A DNA stretch of 64,000 nt from Octopus sinensis (taxonomy: Eukaryota): contig NC_043000.1 in the NCBI RefSeq assembly GCF_006345805.1, positions 157,604,001 to 157,668,000 on the forward strand. The letters run 5' to 3'. The first letter of the stretch is position 1, and every line of letters starts with the position of its first letter. Under the pieces are notes generated by a model. That model did not search any database, had not been told where the DNA came from, and saw only the letters and a program-made list of their open reading frames with translations. The translations under genes were made by a program, and so were the position numbers. Positions 39,501-51,369 of the stretch are shown piece by piece.

Positions 39501-39581
39501 AAGGCGGTGTATAATCAGGGAATTAAAAGCCATTCTATTACTACTTCGGTGTAATACTTATTGTTAATATTGTCTATATAT

Positions 39582-40470
39582 GTTAGTTAGTTAGTTAGTT
39601 AGTTAGTTAATTTGGCTCAAAAGCAAATAGCAAGGCCATGTAGGGGGACATGGAGTTAAGTACAGGGTGGTGTTCATGTAAAGAGTTCAGGCCACTTGAG
39701 GTCCAGGGAGGCTTTGAACAAAGCGGTCGTCGGCATCTGCACCATCTCGTCTGGCAGCTTGTTCCACGGATCCGCAACCCGGACGGAGAAAGCTCCTCTC
39801 CTTCGATTGAGATGAAATCGTCGCAGGTAGAGCTTTTCGGAATGACCCCGCAGCCGACGCTCCGGAGCAGGAGTGAAGAACAGCTCTTTCGAGAGGTTAC
39901 ACTTCCCGCTTATGATGTTGTGGGCGAGAATGAGATCACCACGGCGGCGGCGTTTTTCAAGAGAACAAGGTCGAGCGTCCTCAGCCTTTCTTCGTAGGAC
40001 AAATTTTTGAGACCATGAACCATGCGGTAGCCAGCCTCTGGACTCTTTCGAGGTGCTGTATGTCTTTGAGGAGATAAGGAGAAGAGGCTTGAATCCCATA
40101 CTCCAAATTGGGTCCACCAGCGTGACATAGAGTGGCAGGAATAGCTGCTGTGAGCATTCCGAATGACCGTCGAATCAAAAACAGAATTCCGCGCGCTTTG
40201 TTGGCAGCATGGACGCACTGGGCCGAAGGCGAAAAGGAGGAATCCACCAAGATACCCAGGTCCTTTACCTGATCGGTCCTCTCCAGCAGCAGACGACCGG
40301 CTCGAAATCAAGTTGAGTTGCAGGAGTAGAGCCGACAGGCAGATGACAGCACTTTGACACGTTCAGACACAGGTCCCAATCGTTAGACCACTTCCAAATT
40401 TGGTGGAGGCATCGACGAAGATCCTCTATACTACCGCGAGGAGCGACCAGTTTGATATCGTCGGCAAATA
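39582..40470 (-). mobile_element. 5'-truncated CR1-clade LINE (RT C-terminus, 3'UTR, (TAAC)n tail), frameshifted
   Basis: FADDIKL...WKWSNDWDLCLNVSKC; LEYGIQASSPYLLKDIQHLERVQRLAT; LSYEERLRTLDL; SLEKRRRRGDLI...LRGHSEKL...FSVRVADPWNKLP across several frames. The tail is (TAAC)n at 39582-39609. Confidence 0.93.
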
Positions 40471-40512
40471 TGTGTATATATATACATATAAATACATACA
40501 TACATATACATA

Positions 40513-40578
<66 letters not shown>

Positions 40579-40665
40579 GTTAGTCGAAATTTTTCTATTC
40601 GTAACAGATAACAGATATGTGTCATGAATGCCACATAATCTTATACGTAAGTGATTTTCTGTATA

Positions 40666-40709
40666 TTGTAGAATCTCGATTTTCGGACAACTCTGATCAC
40701 GAATAAATC

Positions 40710-40780
<71 letters not shown>

Positions 40781-40841
40781 ATCTACCTATGAAGCACGAT
40801 TTATTCATGATCAGAGTTGTTCGAAAACCGAAGTACTACTG
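40666..40841. mobile_element. Tc1/mariner (pogo/Tigger-like) MITE with internal (TA)n
   Basis: 36-bp inverted repeats at 40676-40711 and 40796-40831 (3 mismatches). The right end is ...agtactactg|TA and the degenerate left end is TA|ttgtagaatctcg. Confidence 0.75.
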
Positions 40842-42936
40842 TACTTGAAAAAGTCAATCTACAAGGCATAAAAAAGTCGGTGTGTTCAGTTACAAAACAA
40901 TAGAGTAGATTTCCATGGACATCGAGACCTGGTTAGAAGGAATTGCTTTTATGACGTTGTTTTCAAGGTTTACTTTTATTTTAAGAGCAATCAAAAGAGG
41001 GCTGCAATCCACGTGACCTTTAGACAAGTGAATGGTGGTTTAATGTCCATGACTGATGCAACCCTTTAGAGAGGTTGAGACTGGTACGCGGTTATCACCG
41101 AAAGTTTGTTTCGGAGAACGTATGAAAAGATGAAGCATCGTCTGGGAGATCTTGATGGCTAGCTACAGTAAAGATGACGAGAAGACAAACGAATATGCAG
41201 AGTAGGCACTGTATTAAGAAACATAGAAATACCAACGCAAGAAGAACAAATGTCATGCACCCAGGATAGGAAGGGTGGAGTACCTATATTTTCTTTAAAT
41301 TCTAAATATTTCAAATCATATCAAAATATAATTAAATGTTTTTAAAAAATTTTTTTAGCAGTAACGGAGTGCTTCGACAATAATATTGTTTTTATTCACG
41401 TCTGACTTAAGAGTAATTTCTTTCTCGAGAGATGTCATTGCCAAATGGCAAAATAAGCTGCCATTACACTTTTTCCTTCTTTATTTTCAGTGTATTTCAG
41501 TTTATTTAAATTTTGATATCCAGTATCATAGTCTATGTAGCCATCAGTTCTTAGTTCGCTGGAGGCATTTTCATAACTTTTTATTTGAAGAACTTTAATT
41601 CTGCTTTATTCCACTTGATCATGGATAAGACTTTTATTTTATTCAATTTTACTCTTAAGCAAGGAAGTTTTTCTCCTGAAACGAATCTTAGATAAAGGCA
41701 TGCCACTTTAGCATAATTGTTTTTTTAACAGCATTTTAATCTACTTGAGCCAGCTCACGTGATCTGTCTATTTCTTTAAAATAAAATATCAATTTTTGGA
41801 TAAGTTTCTTAATGATACCAATTTCTCACACTGACAGGTCACCAATCTTAATCAGCCAATTCCTCAGTATATAACTGTTTTCTAATTTTATAGACTCCGG
41901 AGGGACACAAGTCAAATTTGACTGCAATGGAATTTCCATTTAGGGCGTGAAAGGAGATAAGAAAATAGTACTCAAGCTTCCTCACAGTTTTTAAAATTTT
42001 GGTAAACAATTTTTAAAAATTATTTTGGTAATGTACATTTGAATATTCTTATAAAGACCTTTAAATCACGTAAAATCATGGATATTGTAACTAAAGCCAA
42101 AGCAATTATGTATTCTTTTAAAAAGTGTGAATTTAAAAAGTGTGTATTACATAATTATTGTTAGAATTATTATTAATATACTATTCATGTCAGTTTCCTT
42201 GTCTCTAGATATTTTCTTCTTCTTAAATGAATATCGAACTTCCGTTTTTGTACGTAAGCATTAGGGAAAATGTTACAATTTGTTCATAATTGAACAAATT
42301 ATCGCATATTGTTTGATGCAAAAGAATCTACCAATTTCGTATTTTAATTTTAATTTCTCATCAATTTACATTCTGGAGTTGATTCCCTTGCTTTTCTTGA
42401 TGAGAATGGGATAAATTCTAAAATTGCTCTCTTCGTTGCAGATCGAATATAAATTGACTAAAATTTGTTTTGGCTTATAATTGGGAGATTTGTTCATCTG
42501 CCTGTATGTCTGTACCTGGGTTCTGCATATAAATATAAGGTTATATTATGTCACGCTGATTTTATTTGAGCTCATGTCTGGGGATATTCTGTCGCTTACA
42601 TAAGCAAGAATTCCCGTGATTAAACTCTCGAATGCTCATCATAGAAGCAGACTGAGATTCGTTGCCTACATTAATGAAGGGTTAAAGCTCATATTTTTGT
42701 TTAGAGTCTGATCGAAAAGACCTAAGATAAAAGACCTTCTATCTATGACCATCCTGTTTCCCTTCCTGTCGTCAAGGGGCTATCTCAATAAATGTTAAGT
42801 TAATTCCATAGAAGCTATCTTCTCATTGAAAGCATATCTATGTTCTTATCTAACCATCTATTTACCTACAAGTAAACACATGCATATATTTATGTAGATG
42901 AGCATGTATGCACATATACATGTATGTTGCTTTTTT

Positions 42937-43333
42937 GCTGTGTGGTAAGAAGCTTGCTTCCCACACACATGGTTCTGGGTTCAGTCCTACTGTGTGGCAC
43001 CTTGGACAAGTCTCTTCTACTATAGCCTCGGGCCGATCAAGTCCATGTGAGTGGATTTGGTAGATGGAAGCTTAAACAAGCCCGTCGTATATGTATGTAT
43101 ATTTATATATCGCTGTATATTTTTATGTCTGTGTTTGTACCCCTCCCCTGCATGAAATTCGGTGCTGGTGTGTTTACGTCCCCGTAATTTAACGGCTTGG
43201 CGAAAGAGACCGATAGAATAAGTACTGCGCTTACAAAGAATAAGTCCTGGGATCGATTTCTTCGACCAAAAGCCTTTAAAGCGGTGCTCTATATGGCCAC
43301 AGTCAAAAAACCGAAACAAGTAAAAGTAAAAGA
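42937..43333 (+). mobile_element. SINE family B (diverged subfamily)
   Basis: gctgtgtggtaagaagcttgc...gggttcagtcc...gaaacaagtaaaagtaaaaga. Confidence 0.88.
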
Positions 43334-43465
43334 ATATATATGCAATATATATATATATATATATATTGGTAAAAACGGTAAGATAACAAAAGAAAGAAAG
43401 ATACCTCAATATTATGTAAATAGAGGAAATTTATCTATAAAATAATAATAAGAATAATAAAATAA

Positions 43466-43700
43466 TCTATAAAATAATATGTTACATTACTCAATAGTCA
43501 AGATATACATGTATATGTGCATACATACTCATCTACATAAATATAAGCATGTGTTTACCTGTATGTAAATAGATGGTTAGATAAGGACATAGATATCTGG
43601 CCAGATAACCGAAGAGATGGTGTTGTGGATTTCCACTTCGGCATCTGAAACTCAGATTTTTATCTTGACTATTGAGTAATGTAACATATTATTTTATAGA
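43466..43700 (+). mobile_element. Hammerhead-like mini-element bounded by a perfect 40-bp inverted repeat
   Basis: 43466-43505 is the exact reverse complement of 43661-43700. Internal 43505-43596 is inverted again at 42834-42925. HHR-like fold at 43603-43665. Confidence 0.7.
43603..43665 (+). ncRNA. Hammerhead-like motif (non-canonical)
   Basis: agataa/ttatct helix I, CCGAAGA, gatg..gtgg/ccac..catc helix II, extra T, GAAAC; helix III is imperfect. Confidence 0.4.
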
Positions 43701-43701
43701 T

Positions 43702-43749
<48 letters not shown>

Positions 43750-43852
43750 GCATATTTATGTGCATACAAATATGCATAAACATACATATATATGTATGTG
43801 TATATATGTATGTCAGATGTATATATATATACATATATATATATATAGGGAC

Positions 43853-43892
<40 letters not shown>

Positions 43893-44521
43893 GAGAGAGA
43901 GTGAGAGTAAGAAAGATATGCACGTAGAAAGAAATATAGTCTCAGAAGCCGATGGTTGTGTCTAATATATTATTGAAAACACTGTTGGCAAAGTCGCTTC
44001 GTGTGTGCACGTGTATGTTATTTGTACCAGGGTAGTTATTCCTGTTATTAACCGGTCCAAGTTTCTCATCTATTTCTGCATTCCCAGCCACCCACGCATG
44101 AGAAACTCAAAGGGCAACAAAGTGAATCTGTATTCTTCGAATTAACTATATAAGATCAACTGGTATGTGCAGTACTTTTACCCGTGTTTGTACAACTCAC
44201 CGTTTCTCTCTCCGTGTAATGTATACAAATACTCATATATGTGTATGCTAGAATCTGTGTGTATGCTTGAGCGAATGCGTGTGTGCGAGCGTGTATACAA
44301 GTGTAGGTGTGCATTCTGTATTTCTGCTTTAATAAGCCTTAATTATGAACTGAAAATTTATCTTCGAAATATTAAATATTAATAAGACCAAAAGCGTTAT
44401 GACAAGCGAAAGAACGGCACAGAGGAGTTAGTGGATTGGTGGGTAATTGTTAAATTAGCCAAAAGAATTTTGACAGCCTAAAAGCTGTTCATAGTTGTTA
44501 ATGTGTAGTTCGAAAATTTGA

Positions 44522-44800
44522 TTATGATGATTTCTTTAATATACAGAATTTCCGAAAATTTCTATTCGAAGCCTTCATAGAAACTCCAACTATCATTTTC
44601 AACCATCTCCAACTGATAATATTTTTGTTGATTTTTAGGGAAGAGGTTTTCGTATAAACTTCAATGTGGATGCGTAATGGAAGGGTGGGAATGCCGATGT
44701 AAAACTTGTCACATTTGAAACATTCTGTGTATTCTATGGAATACATAAAGTATGCTCTTAATTTCCTCTCAGCACCCGTTAATTGAGAATTTCGGTCCAA
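44522..44800 (-). mobile_element. GIY-YIG endonuclease remnant (Penelope-like)
   Basis: FMYSIEYTECFKCDKFYIGIPTLPLRIHIEVY resembles IY.I.C..C...YIG.T...L..R...H; YIG codons are at 44693-44701. Confidence 0.5.
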
Positions 44801-44880
44801 TCGAAATCGGTTGTCTTGATGAAAATAAACATCACTTTAAATGTCAGTTAGTCAATTGCTATATTACTCGCAGATTCATA

Positions 44881-45021
44881 TGATGTATGTATGTATGTAT
44901 GTATGTATGTATGTATGTATGTATGTATGTATGTATGTATGTCTCTCACTCTTCACTCTCTCACTCTCTCTCTCTCTATCTGTCTATCTCTTATCGTTTT
45001 CTTTCCATGCATATATGTGAG

Positions 45022-45053
<32 letters not shown>

Positions 45054-45270
45054 ATATATATATTATAATATATATATATAGATATATGATAATATGTATA
45101 TATATGTTATATATATATATATATATATTATATTATATTATATATTATATATATATATGTATATATATATGTATATATAGATATATACACACATATATAT
45201 ATATGTATAATATATGTAAATATATATACATCTGTCTGTCTCTGTCTGTTCTGTCTGTCGTCTCTCTTTC

Positions 45271-45337
<67 letters not shown>

Positions 45338-45350
45338 TATGTATATGTGT
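44881..45350. repeat. (TATG)n/(TC)n/(TA)n compound array
   Basis: Direct reading. Confidence 0.95.
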
Positions 45351-45904
45351 GTGTGTATGTGTGTGTATTGCAGTATGTCTTCTTTTAGTAACCTCGAATC
45401 GAAATGTCATAAATTTCGCATAGAATTCAAAGTTAGTGTTAATATGATGTTACGATTAAGAATTAAAGCAAAAAAAAAAAAAAAAAAAAAAACTTCTGCT
45501 GAGCGGTTGGACCAATTGCCAGATAATCAAATGTAAGATACATATCTTTCATTTCATTATCAGGCGATTAGTGAGCTACGGGTGTTAATGTGATCCGAAG
45601 GGGCGGGAGGCACTAAAGGCAAGTGATTAACGAAGGATTTGAATAGAAAGACGATTTCAGTCAAGCGATTCGTCATAATGATATTTCAAATATTTTAAAA
45701 TTATATTTTCATATGCGCACGTCCGTACCTATGCATGTATGTATGTATGTATGTATGTATGTATGTATGTATGTATGTATGTATGTATTTATGTATGTAT
45801 GTATGTATGTACGTATGTATGTATGTAACTATACACACACTATAATACATATGGTGTACCTTCATGAAAGCGAGTCTGTGAGTGTGTGTCTCTCTCTATA
45901 TATA

Positions 45905-46112
45905 TAAAGTTAATCCAAACAAGAAAGCACAAAAAAACACAACAACGCGAGGACGTGGAACAAATATAGTTTTATTGGATGCTCAGGAAAGAAGGAAAGA
46001 AGGAGGGTTTAACGTTTCGAGCGGAGCTCTTCGTCGGAAACATAGGAGAAGGAAAGATCCAGAGAAGGGAAGACAGAGGAAAAAAATCGCCAATGGTACA
46101 CACGCGGTCACA
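45905..46112 (-). mobile_element. ~200-bp hammerhead-containing mini-element (family H3, related to H2)
   Basis: Shares the GAGC/GCTC helix II and the downstream ttcctgagc...tttgtt.ccac motif with H2; lies between TA/TATG tracts. Confidence 0.7.
46007..46041 (-). ncRNA. Minimal hammerhead-like motif, variant core CCGACGA
   Basis: gttt-CCGACGA-A-GAGC tcc GCTC-GAAAC-GT-T-aaac; all helices pair, U4 is replaced by C. Confidence 0.65.
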
Positions 46113-46166
46113 TATATCTATGTATGTATGTATGTATGTATGTATGTATGTATGTATCTATCTATG

Positions 46167-46227
<61 letters not shown>

Positions 46228-46229
<2 letters not shown>

Positions 46230-46560
46230 ATTGTTTTATTCTTTCACTTGTTTCAGTCCTTACGCTACGGCAATGATGGAGCTCTGCTTTGAAGAATTTT
46301 AGTCCAATGAATCGACCCCAGTACTTTTACCATTTTTAAGTCTGGTTCTTATTCTGTCGGTCTCTTATGCGGAAACGCTAAGTTGCGGGGCGTAAACACA
46401 TCCACACCGGTTGTTATGTGGAGGTGGTGGGGGGCACAAACACACACACACACACATATACACACATATGTGAAGGCCTTCTTTCAGCTCCCGCTTACCA
46501 AATACATTCAGAAAGATTTCGTCAGCCCAAGTCTATAGTAGAAGACATTCTACCATATCT
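46228..46560 (-). mobile_element. SINE family B, diverged and head-truncated
   Basis: cacttgtttcagtc...atcgaccccagtac...gctaagttgcggggcgtaaacac...ctatagtagaagaca. Confidence 0.8.
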
Positions 46561-47321
46561 TCTACTATTGTACGTCAAGCGTAAGATTCTCGGAATACGA
46601 TAAGTCACTATGCCAAATAATTACTATGGACTATCCAAGAAAATTGAACTTTATCATTCACCTTATAAACTTAACTGTTGGCAAAAGTATGTATTCTTAT
46701 ACAACTAAGCTTTCGGCGTAAAAATTTGAATAGATTTATCACGAGAAATTTTCGACCAGAAGTTCCTTTATATATCTGACAAATTTTGTTACTTTGACAT
46801 TTCAACGCATACTTCTCCTTTTCTATCTTTACAAGAGTTGGGAATGGTTACATGATTTCAAACAGTGGCACAATGTTCCCGAGCACACACACATGCACGC
46901 ACACACACATGGATGCACACACACACACACACACATAGAGACACACACACAAAACGTAGTGGCATTGAATAACCGTTTGGTTTTTTCAATTAGTCGACTC
47001 CTGTTTACGACTTATGCATATAACCTTGAGGAAAGCACCCATCTCAGAAAGTTTATTCATGGATGTCAAAAGCTGGATATTTTTTTCCAAGTTGATAAAT
47101 ACATCTCTGCTGGTTTTACATTCAGATGAGTGATAAAAAAAATCAAGAAAACCATATATCATACACTATTTCCATTCCTTGGCCATTCCTAAGCAACGTA
47201 GACAGCGCCACTGTCCATAACTCTTGGAAACGAAAATGTATAGAGAAAGATCTTCTGTTTGGGGAATTGACATTTTCGATGATTCGAAATCTTATAGTGG
47301 GTCGGAATTGTAAAACAGTGG

Positions 47322-47425
47322 AACCACATGGCCTAGTGGTTAGAGCAGCGGACTCGCGGTAGAGGGATCGCAGGTTCGAATGTCAGACCGGGCGATGTGT
47401 GTGTTTATATGCGAAACACCTAAGC
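47322..47425 (+). mobile_element. tRNA-headed SINE family D head, cut by the gap
   Basis: A-box tggcctagtgg, B-box ggttcgaatg. Confidence 0.7.
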
Positions 47426-47525
47426 NNNNNNNNNNNNNNNNNNNNNNNNNNNNNNNNNNNNNNNNNNNNNNNNNNNNNNNNNNNNNNNNNNNNNNNNNNN
47501 NNNNNNNNNNNNNNNNNNNNNNNNN
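47426..47525. other. Assembly gap (100 N)
   Basis: Exactly 100 N, the usual placeholder for a gap of unknown size. Confidence 0.99.
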
Positions 47526-47725
47526 CGTTAGTTACTGCACGAATTTTTTTCTCTCCTTCTTTCTGGGTTTTTTTTTTCTCTCTGTGTATCTTTCTGTTGA
47601 AGAGCGTAGGCTCGAAACGTTAAAGACTTGTTTTATTTATATTTCCTGAGCGCCATACTAATACAATTGTTTGTTTGTTTTCCACCTGCCTTCGTCTTTT
47701 GTCTATTTTCATAAGGCTTCCCGTT
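47526..47725 (+). mobile_element. Family H2 mini-element, copy 3
   Basis: Homologous to 7470-7665; ends in a TA tract. Confidence 0.8.
47589..47626 (+). ncRNA. Minimal hammerhead-like motif, variant core CUGUUGA
   Basis: tcttt-CTGTTGA-A-GAGC gtag GCTC-GAAAC-GT-T-aaaga; perfect 5-bp helix I. Confidence 0.65.
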
Positions 47726-47737
47726 ATATATATATAT

Positions 47738-48130
47738 TAGCTTGCTAACCATCCACATGGTTCCGGGTCCAGTCCCACACGCAGTGGCATCTTGGGCAAA
47801 TGTCTTCTGCTATAGCCCCGGGCCGACCAATGCATTGTGAGTGGATTTGGTAGACGGAAACTGAAAGAAGCCTGTCGTATATATGTATATATATATAAAT
47901 ATATGTATGTGTGTGTGTGTTTCTGTGTCTGTGTTTGTCTCCCTAGCATTGCTTGACAACCGATGCTCGTGTGTTTACGTCCCCGTCACTTAGCGGTTCG
48001 GCAAAAGAGAGCGATAGAATAAGTACTGGGCTTACAAAGAATAAGTTTCGGGGTCGATTTGCTCGACTAAAGGCGGTGCTCCAGCATGGCCGCAGTCAAA
48101 TGACTGAAACAAGTAAAAGAGTAAAAGAGA
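47738..48130 (+). mobile_element. SINE family B (5' end clipped)
   Basis: Near-identical to 3054-3460. Confidence 0.9.
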
Positions 48131-48675
48131 GAGTATATATATACACGGACATAGTGTGAAAAACGCGTGCGAAAATTCGCTCGCATTCGAGTACTTTATA
48201 GTGTACTTGTTTTAAGACGAAGTAACTGTTACGTATCGCTTTATGAAGTGAGCGGTATTTGTGCATAAATTAGAAAGCTATTTCCACGGATCTATTTTTT
48301 TAGGTAATCATCTATGAAGCAGCTTATTTAATTCTAAGTATTTTAGTTTCATTAAATGATAAGCGTATTTTCATTAAATGATAAGAGTACAACAAAATCT
48401 CCATCAAATACCAGCAAAGCCGTTACTATCACTCGCAAAAGTCTTACCGGCACATCAATACAAATTAAACAAATGTGGATTATCTACCTCATTGCGCGAT
48501 ATGCATCAAATAGCAAACGAATTTTCTACAAACCATATATTGTTTAATGGGTAGTCTTACCCACACTATACTTTAAAGAAAATGTCGAATGACAATGGCA
48601 TCCGTGGCTTTGATCGTCTGTTTGCTATCTTACACTACCACTAACAGTCGCAACACAATAGTTAATAATACTGAT

Positions 48676-49092
48676 GAAGCGGTGAGCTTGGCAGAATCAT
48701 TAGCATGCCTGGCAAAATACATAACGGTATTTCGTCTGTCTGAAGGCGGCGAGCTGGCAGAAACGTCAGCACGCCGGGCGAAATACATAGCCGTATTTCG
48801 TCTGCCGTTAAGTTCTGAGTTCCAAATTCCGCCGAGGTTGACTTTGCCTTTCATCATTTCGGAGGTCGATAAATTAAGTACCAGTTACGCACTGATGTCG
48901 ATGTAATCGACTTAATCCGTTTGTCTGTCCTTGTTTGTCCCCTCTGTGTTTAGCCCCTTGTGGGTAGTAAAGAAATAGGTATTTCGTCTGTCTTTACGTT
49001 CAGAATTCACATTCCGACGAGGTCGACTTTTGCTTTTATCCAATTTAGGGTCAATAAAATAAGTACCAGTTGAGCACTGGGGTCGATGTAAA
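48676..49092 (+). mobile_element. SINE family A: extra head followed by a dimeric copy
   Basis: Head at 48676-48740, full unit from 48742, second central domain from ~48975. Confidence 0.88.
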
Positions 49093-49449
49093 ATTTGAAA
49101 ACAAAGATACATATTGATGACAGTCTCCACAGGCACGTTAAGCTTCTAGTAAAAGCAGTTAAATTGTCCTTATTTCTTTCATTAAAGAAAGGGTGTACTA
49201 GGTAGTTGTTTGTATATAAAACGTATTAGAATATTTATGATGCGGCTACACTTTTGCATGGCGAGAGCGCCTATGATTATACGTCTGCTTAATCATAAGC
49301 GATCTATGGATAGATATCAACATCATCTTATATATGTATGTATTTATATATATGCATAATACCTACAGTGTACATTTAAGCACATAAGAGCGCGCGCGCG
49401 CACACACACACACAGACACAAACACATATATGTATATATATAGTCCCGA

Positions 49450-49984
49450 GACATGGTTCCAGGCTCAGTTCCTCTGAGTGCTACATTGGAAAATGTCTTT
49501 CTTCTTCACCTCCGGGCTGTCCAGATCATCGTACCTGGATTTCGGAGAAAGATTCTGATAGAAGCTAGTCGTATATATCTCTTTCTCTCCTTTCTCTCTA
49601 TTACTTGTTTCAGTCATTTGACTGGGGCTATGCTGGAGCACCGCCTTTAGTCGAGCAAATCGACCCCGGGACTTATTCTTTGTAAGCCCAGTACTTATTC
49701 TATCGGTCTCTTTTGCCGAACCGCTAAGTGACGGGGACGTAAACACACCAGCATCGTTTGTCAAGCAATGCTAGGGGGACAAACACAGACACACAAACAC
49801 ACACACATATATACATATATATACATATATACGACAGGCTTCTTTCAGTTTCCGTCTACCAAATCCACTCACAAGTCTTTGGTCGGCCCAGGGCTCTAGC
49901 AGAAGACACTTGCCCAAGATGCCACGCAGTGGGACTGAACCCGGAACCATGTGGTTGGTTAGCAAGCTACTTACCACACAGCCA
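49450..49984. mobile_element. Degenerate SINE B head (+, 49450-49580) tail-to-tail with a SINE B copy (-, 49601-49984)
   Basis: 49601-49984 is the reverse complement of 3054-3460; the upstream part matches the family B head. Confidence 0.85.
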
Positions 49985-50059
49985 CAATATTAGGGAGTAA
50001 ATCCAAACTGATAGGGAAAAATTAGATTTAGGATTAAATCTAATTTTACAGTATAAATA

Positions 50060-50451
50060 TAAATTAAATTAGAGATAAAACCACAATTAGGCAAATCAAA
50101 CAGTGAAAAACATAAATCAAAACATAGACATAAAAATAACTAATATCTTATAATAAACCTTTTTAATACTTTTTGATAGGTATATATATTTAATTAATTA
50201 ATTAAATAAATAAATAAATAAATAAATAAAAAATAAAAATAAAAATAAAAATAAATAAATATATATATATATAAATTTATAAATATAAATTAATAATTTT
50301 AAATTTTTAACTTTAAATTTAAATAATTTAAGTTTTAAATTTTATATTTTATATATTTGTATATTATATTAAATATGTTTATTTCTATATTTTGGTTATG
50401 TTTTTCACTGTTTGATTTACCTAATAGTGGTTTTATCTCAAATTTAATTTA
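50060..50451. repeat. Fold-back: ~75-bp inverted repeat around an AT-only spacer
   Basis: 50060-50134 is inverted at 50378-50451 (gagataaaaccac.attagg.aaatcaaacagtgaaaaacataa). Confidence 0.85.
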
Positions 50452-50464
50452 CATATATATATAT

Positions 50465-50519
<55 letters not shown>

Positions 50520-50557
50520 ATGTATATATGTATATACATATATCTGCGAGTGTGTGT

Positions 50558-51369
50558 GTTTAAAAATATAAGAGTGTATAAAATAATTTTTATGCAAGAA
50601 TAGGAGACCATTGGCAGGACTCCTTACATGCTAAAAAGGCCAGTTAAAACCCAAACCACGAAAACGAGGATTCACGAGGCACGCCATTATAACACTAGAA
50701 AAAGCAAGAGAAAATGAATTAGTTAATATTATGGCGTGCCTCATGCGTGATTTGGGTTTTAACTGGCCTTTTTAGCATGTAAGGAGTCCTGTCAATAGTC
50801 TCCTCTTTGGTATAAAAATATAAAAAAAAATATGTTATATTTTATGACTTTATTTATGCACTGGTGATAAATTATTTTAAGTTATTACCCTCATATTTAC
50901 AATGATATTATTTATAATTCTGATGCTCTATAGGAGACAGCTTTAAATTTCTTTAATTACTGTTGAACTATAGATTTACGCTCTCTTACTAAGTTCGAAC
51001 CCGTAATGCATAAAGATGTAACTGTCTTGCGCACGTATTTTCGGTGCGTATTTGCAACTACATAATTATTCATTAATTAGCGATTCCGCTGATAAGCTAC
51101 AGATTCCAAATTAGTTTATTTGGTAATTAATACCGAAACTTGAGTTCGGGATTAACTAATTGATTTTTGTTTTGTTCGTTCTAGTGTTATATTGGCGGGC
51201 CTCATGTTTTCTCTTTTTCATAGTTTGGGTGGTAACTTGCCTTTTTGTGTATAAAAAGATTTTATACACTCCTATATTTTAAAAAATATGTTATGTTTCA
51301 TGACGTTTATTATTATGCATGCTAACCCCTGGTAATAAATTACTCTAATTTATTACCCTCATATTTACG

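Noticed and set aside
41060-41300. RLR.WY-like peptide suggesting an RTE LINE 3' remnant (similar weak hint at 17150-17260, minus strand)
   Set aside because: Too short and degenerate to support.
41400-41600. Minus-strand peptide SYENASSELRTDGY...NKLKYTENKEGK faintly like a PLE RT end
   Set aside because: Flanking PLE motifs were not found in register; unresolved without an HMM search.
48347-49301. 17-bp local duplication (48347/48369) and a 12-bp hairpin (49268-49301)
   Set aside because: Short, isolated and expected by chance or slippage in AT-rich DNA.
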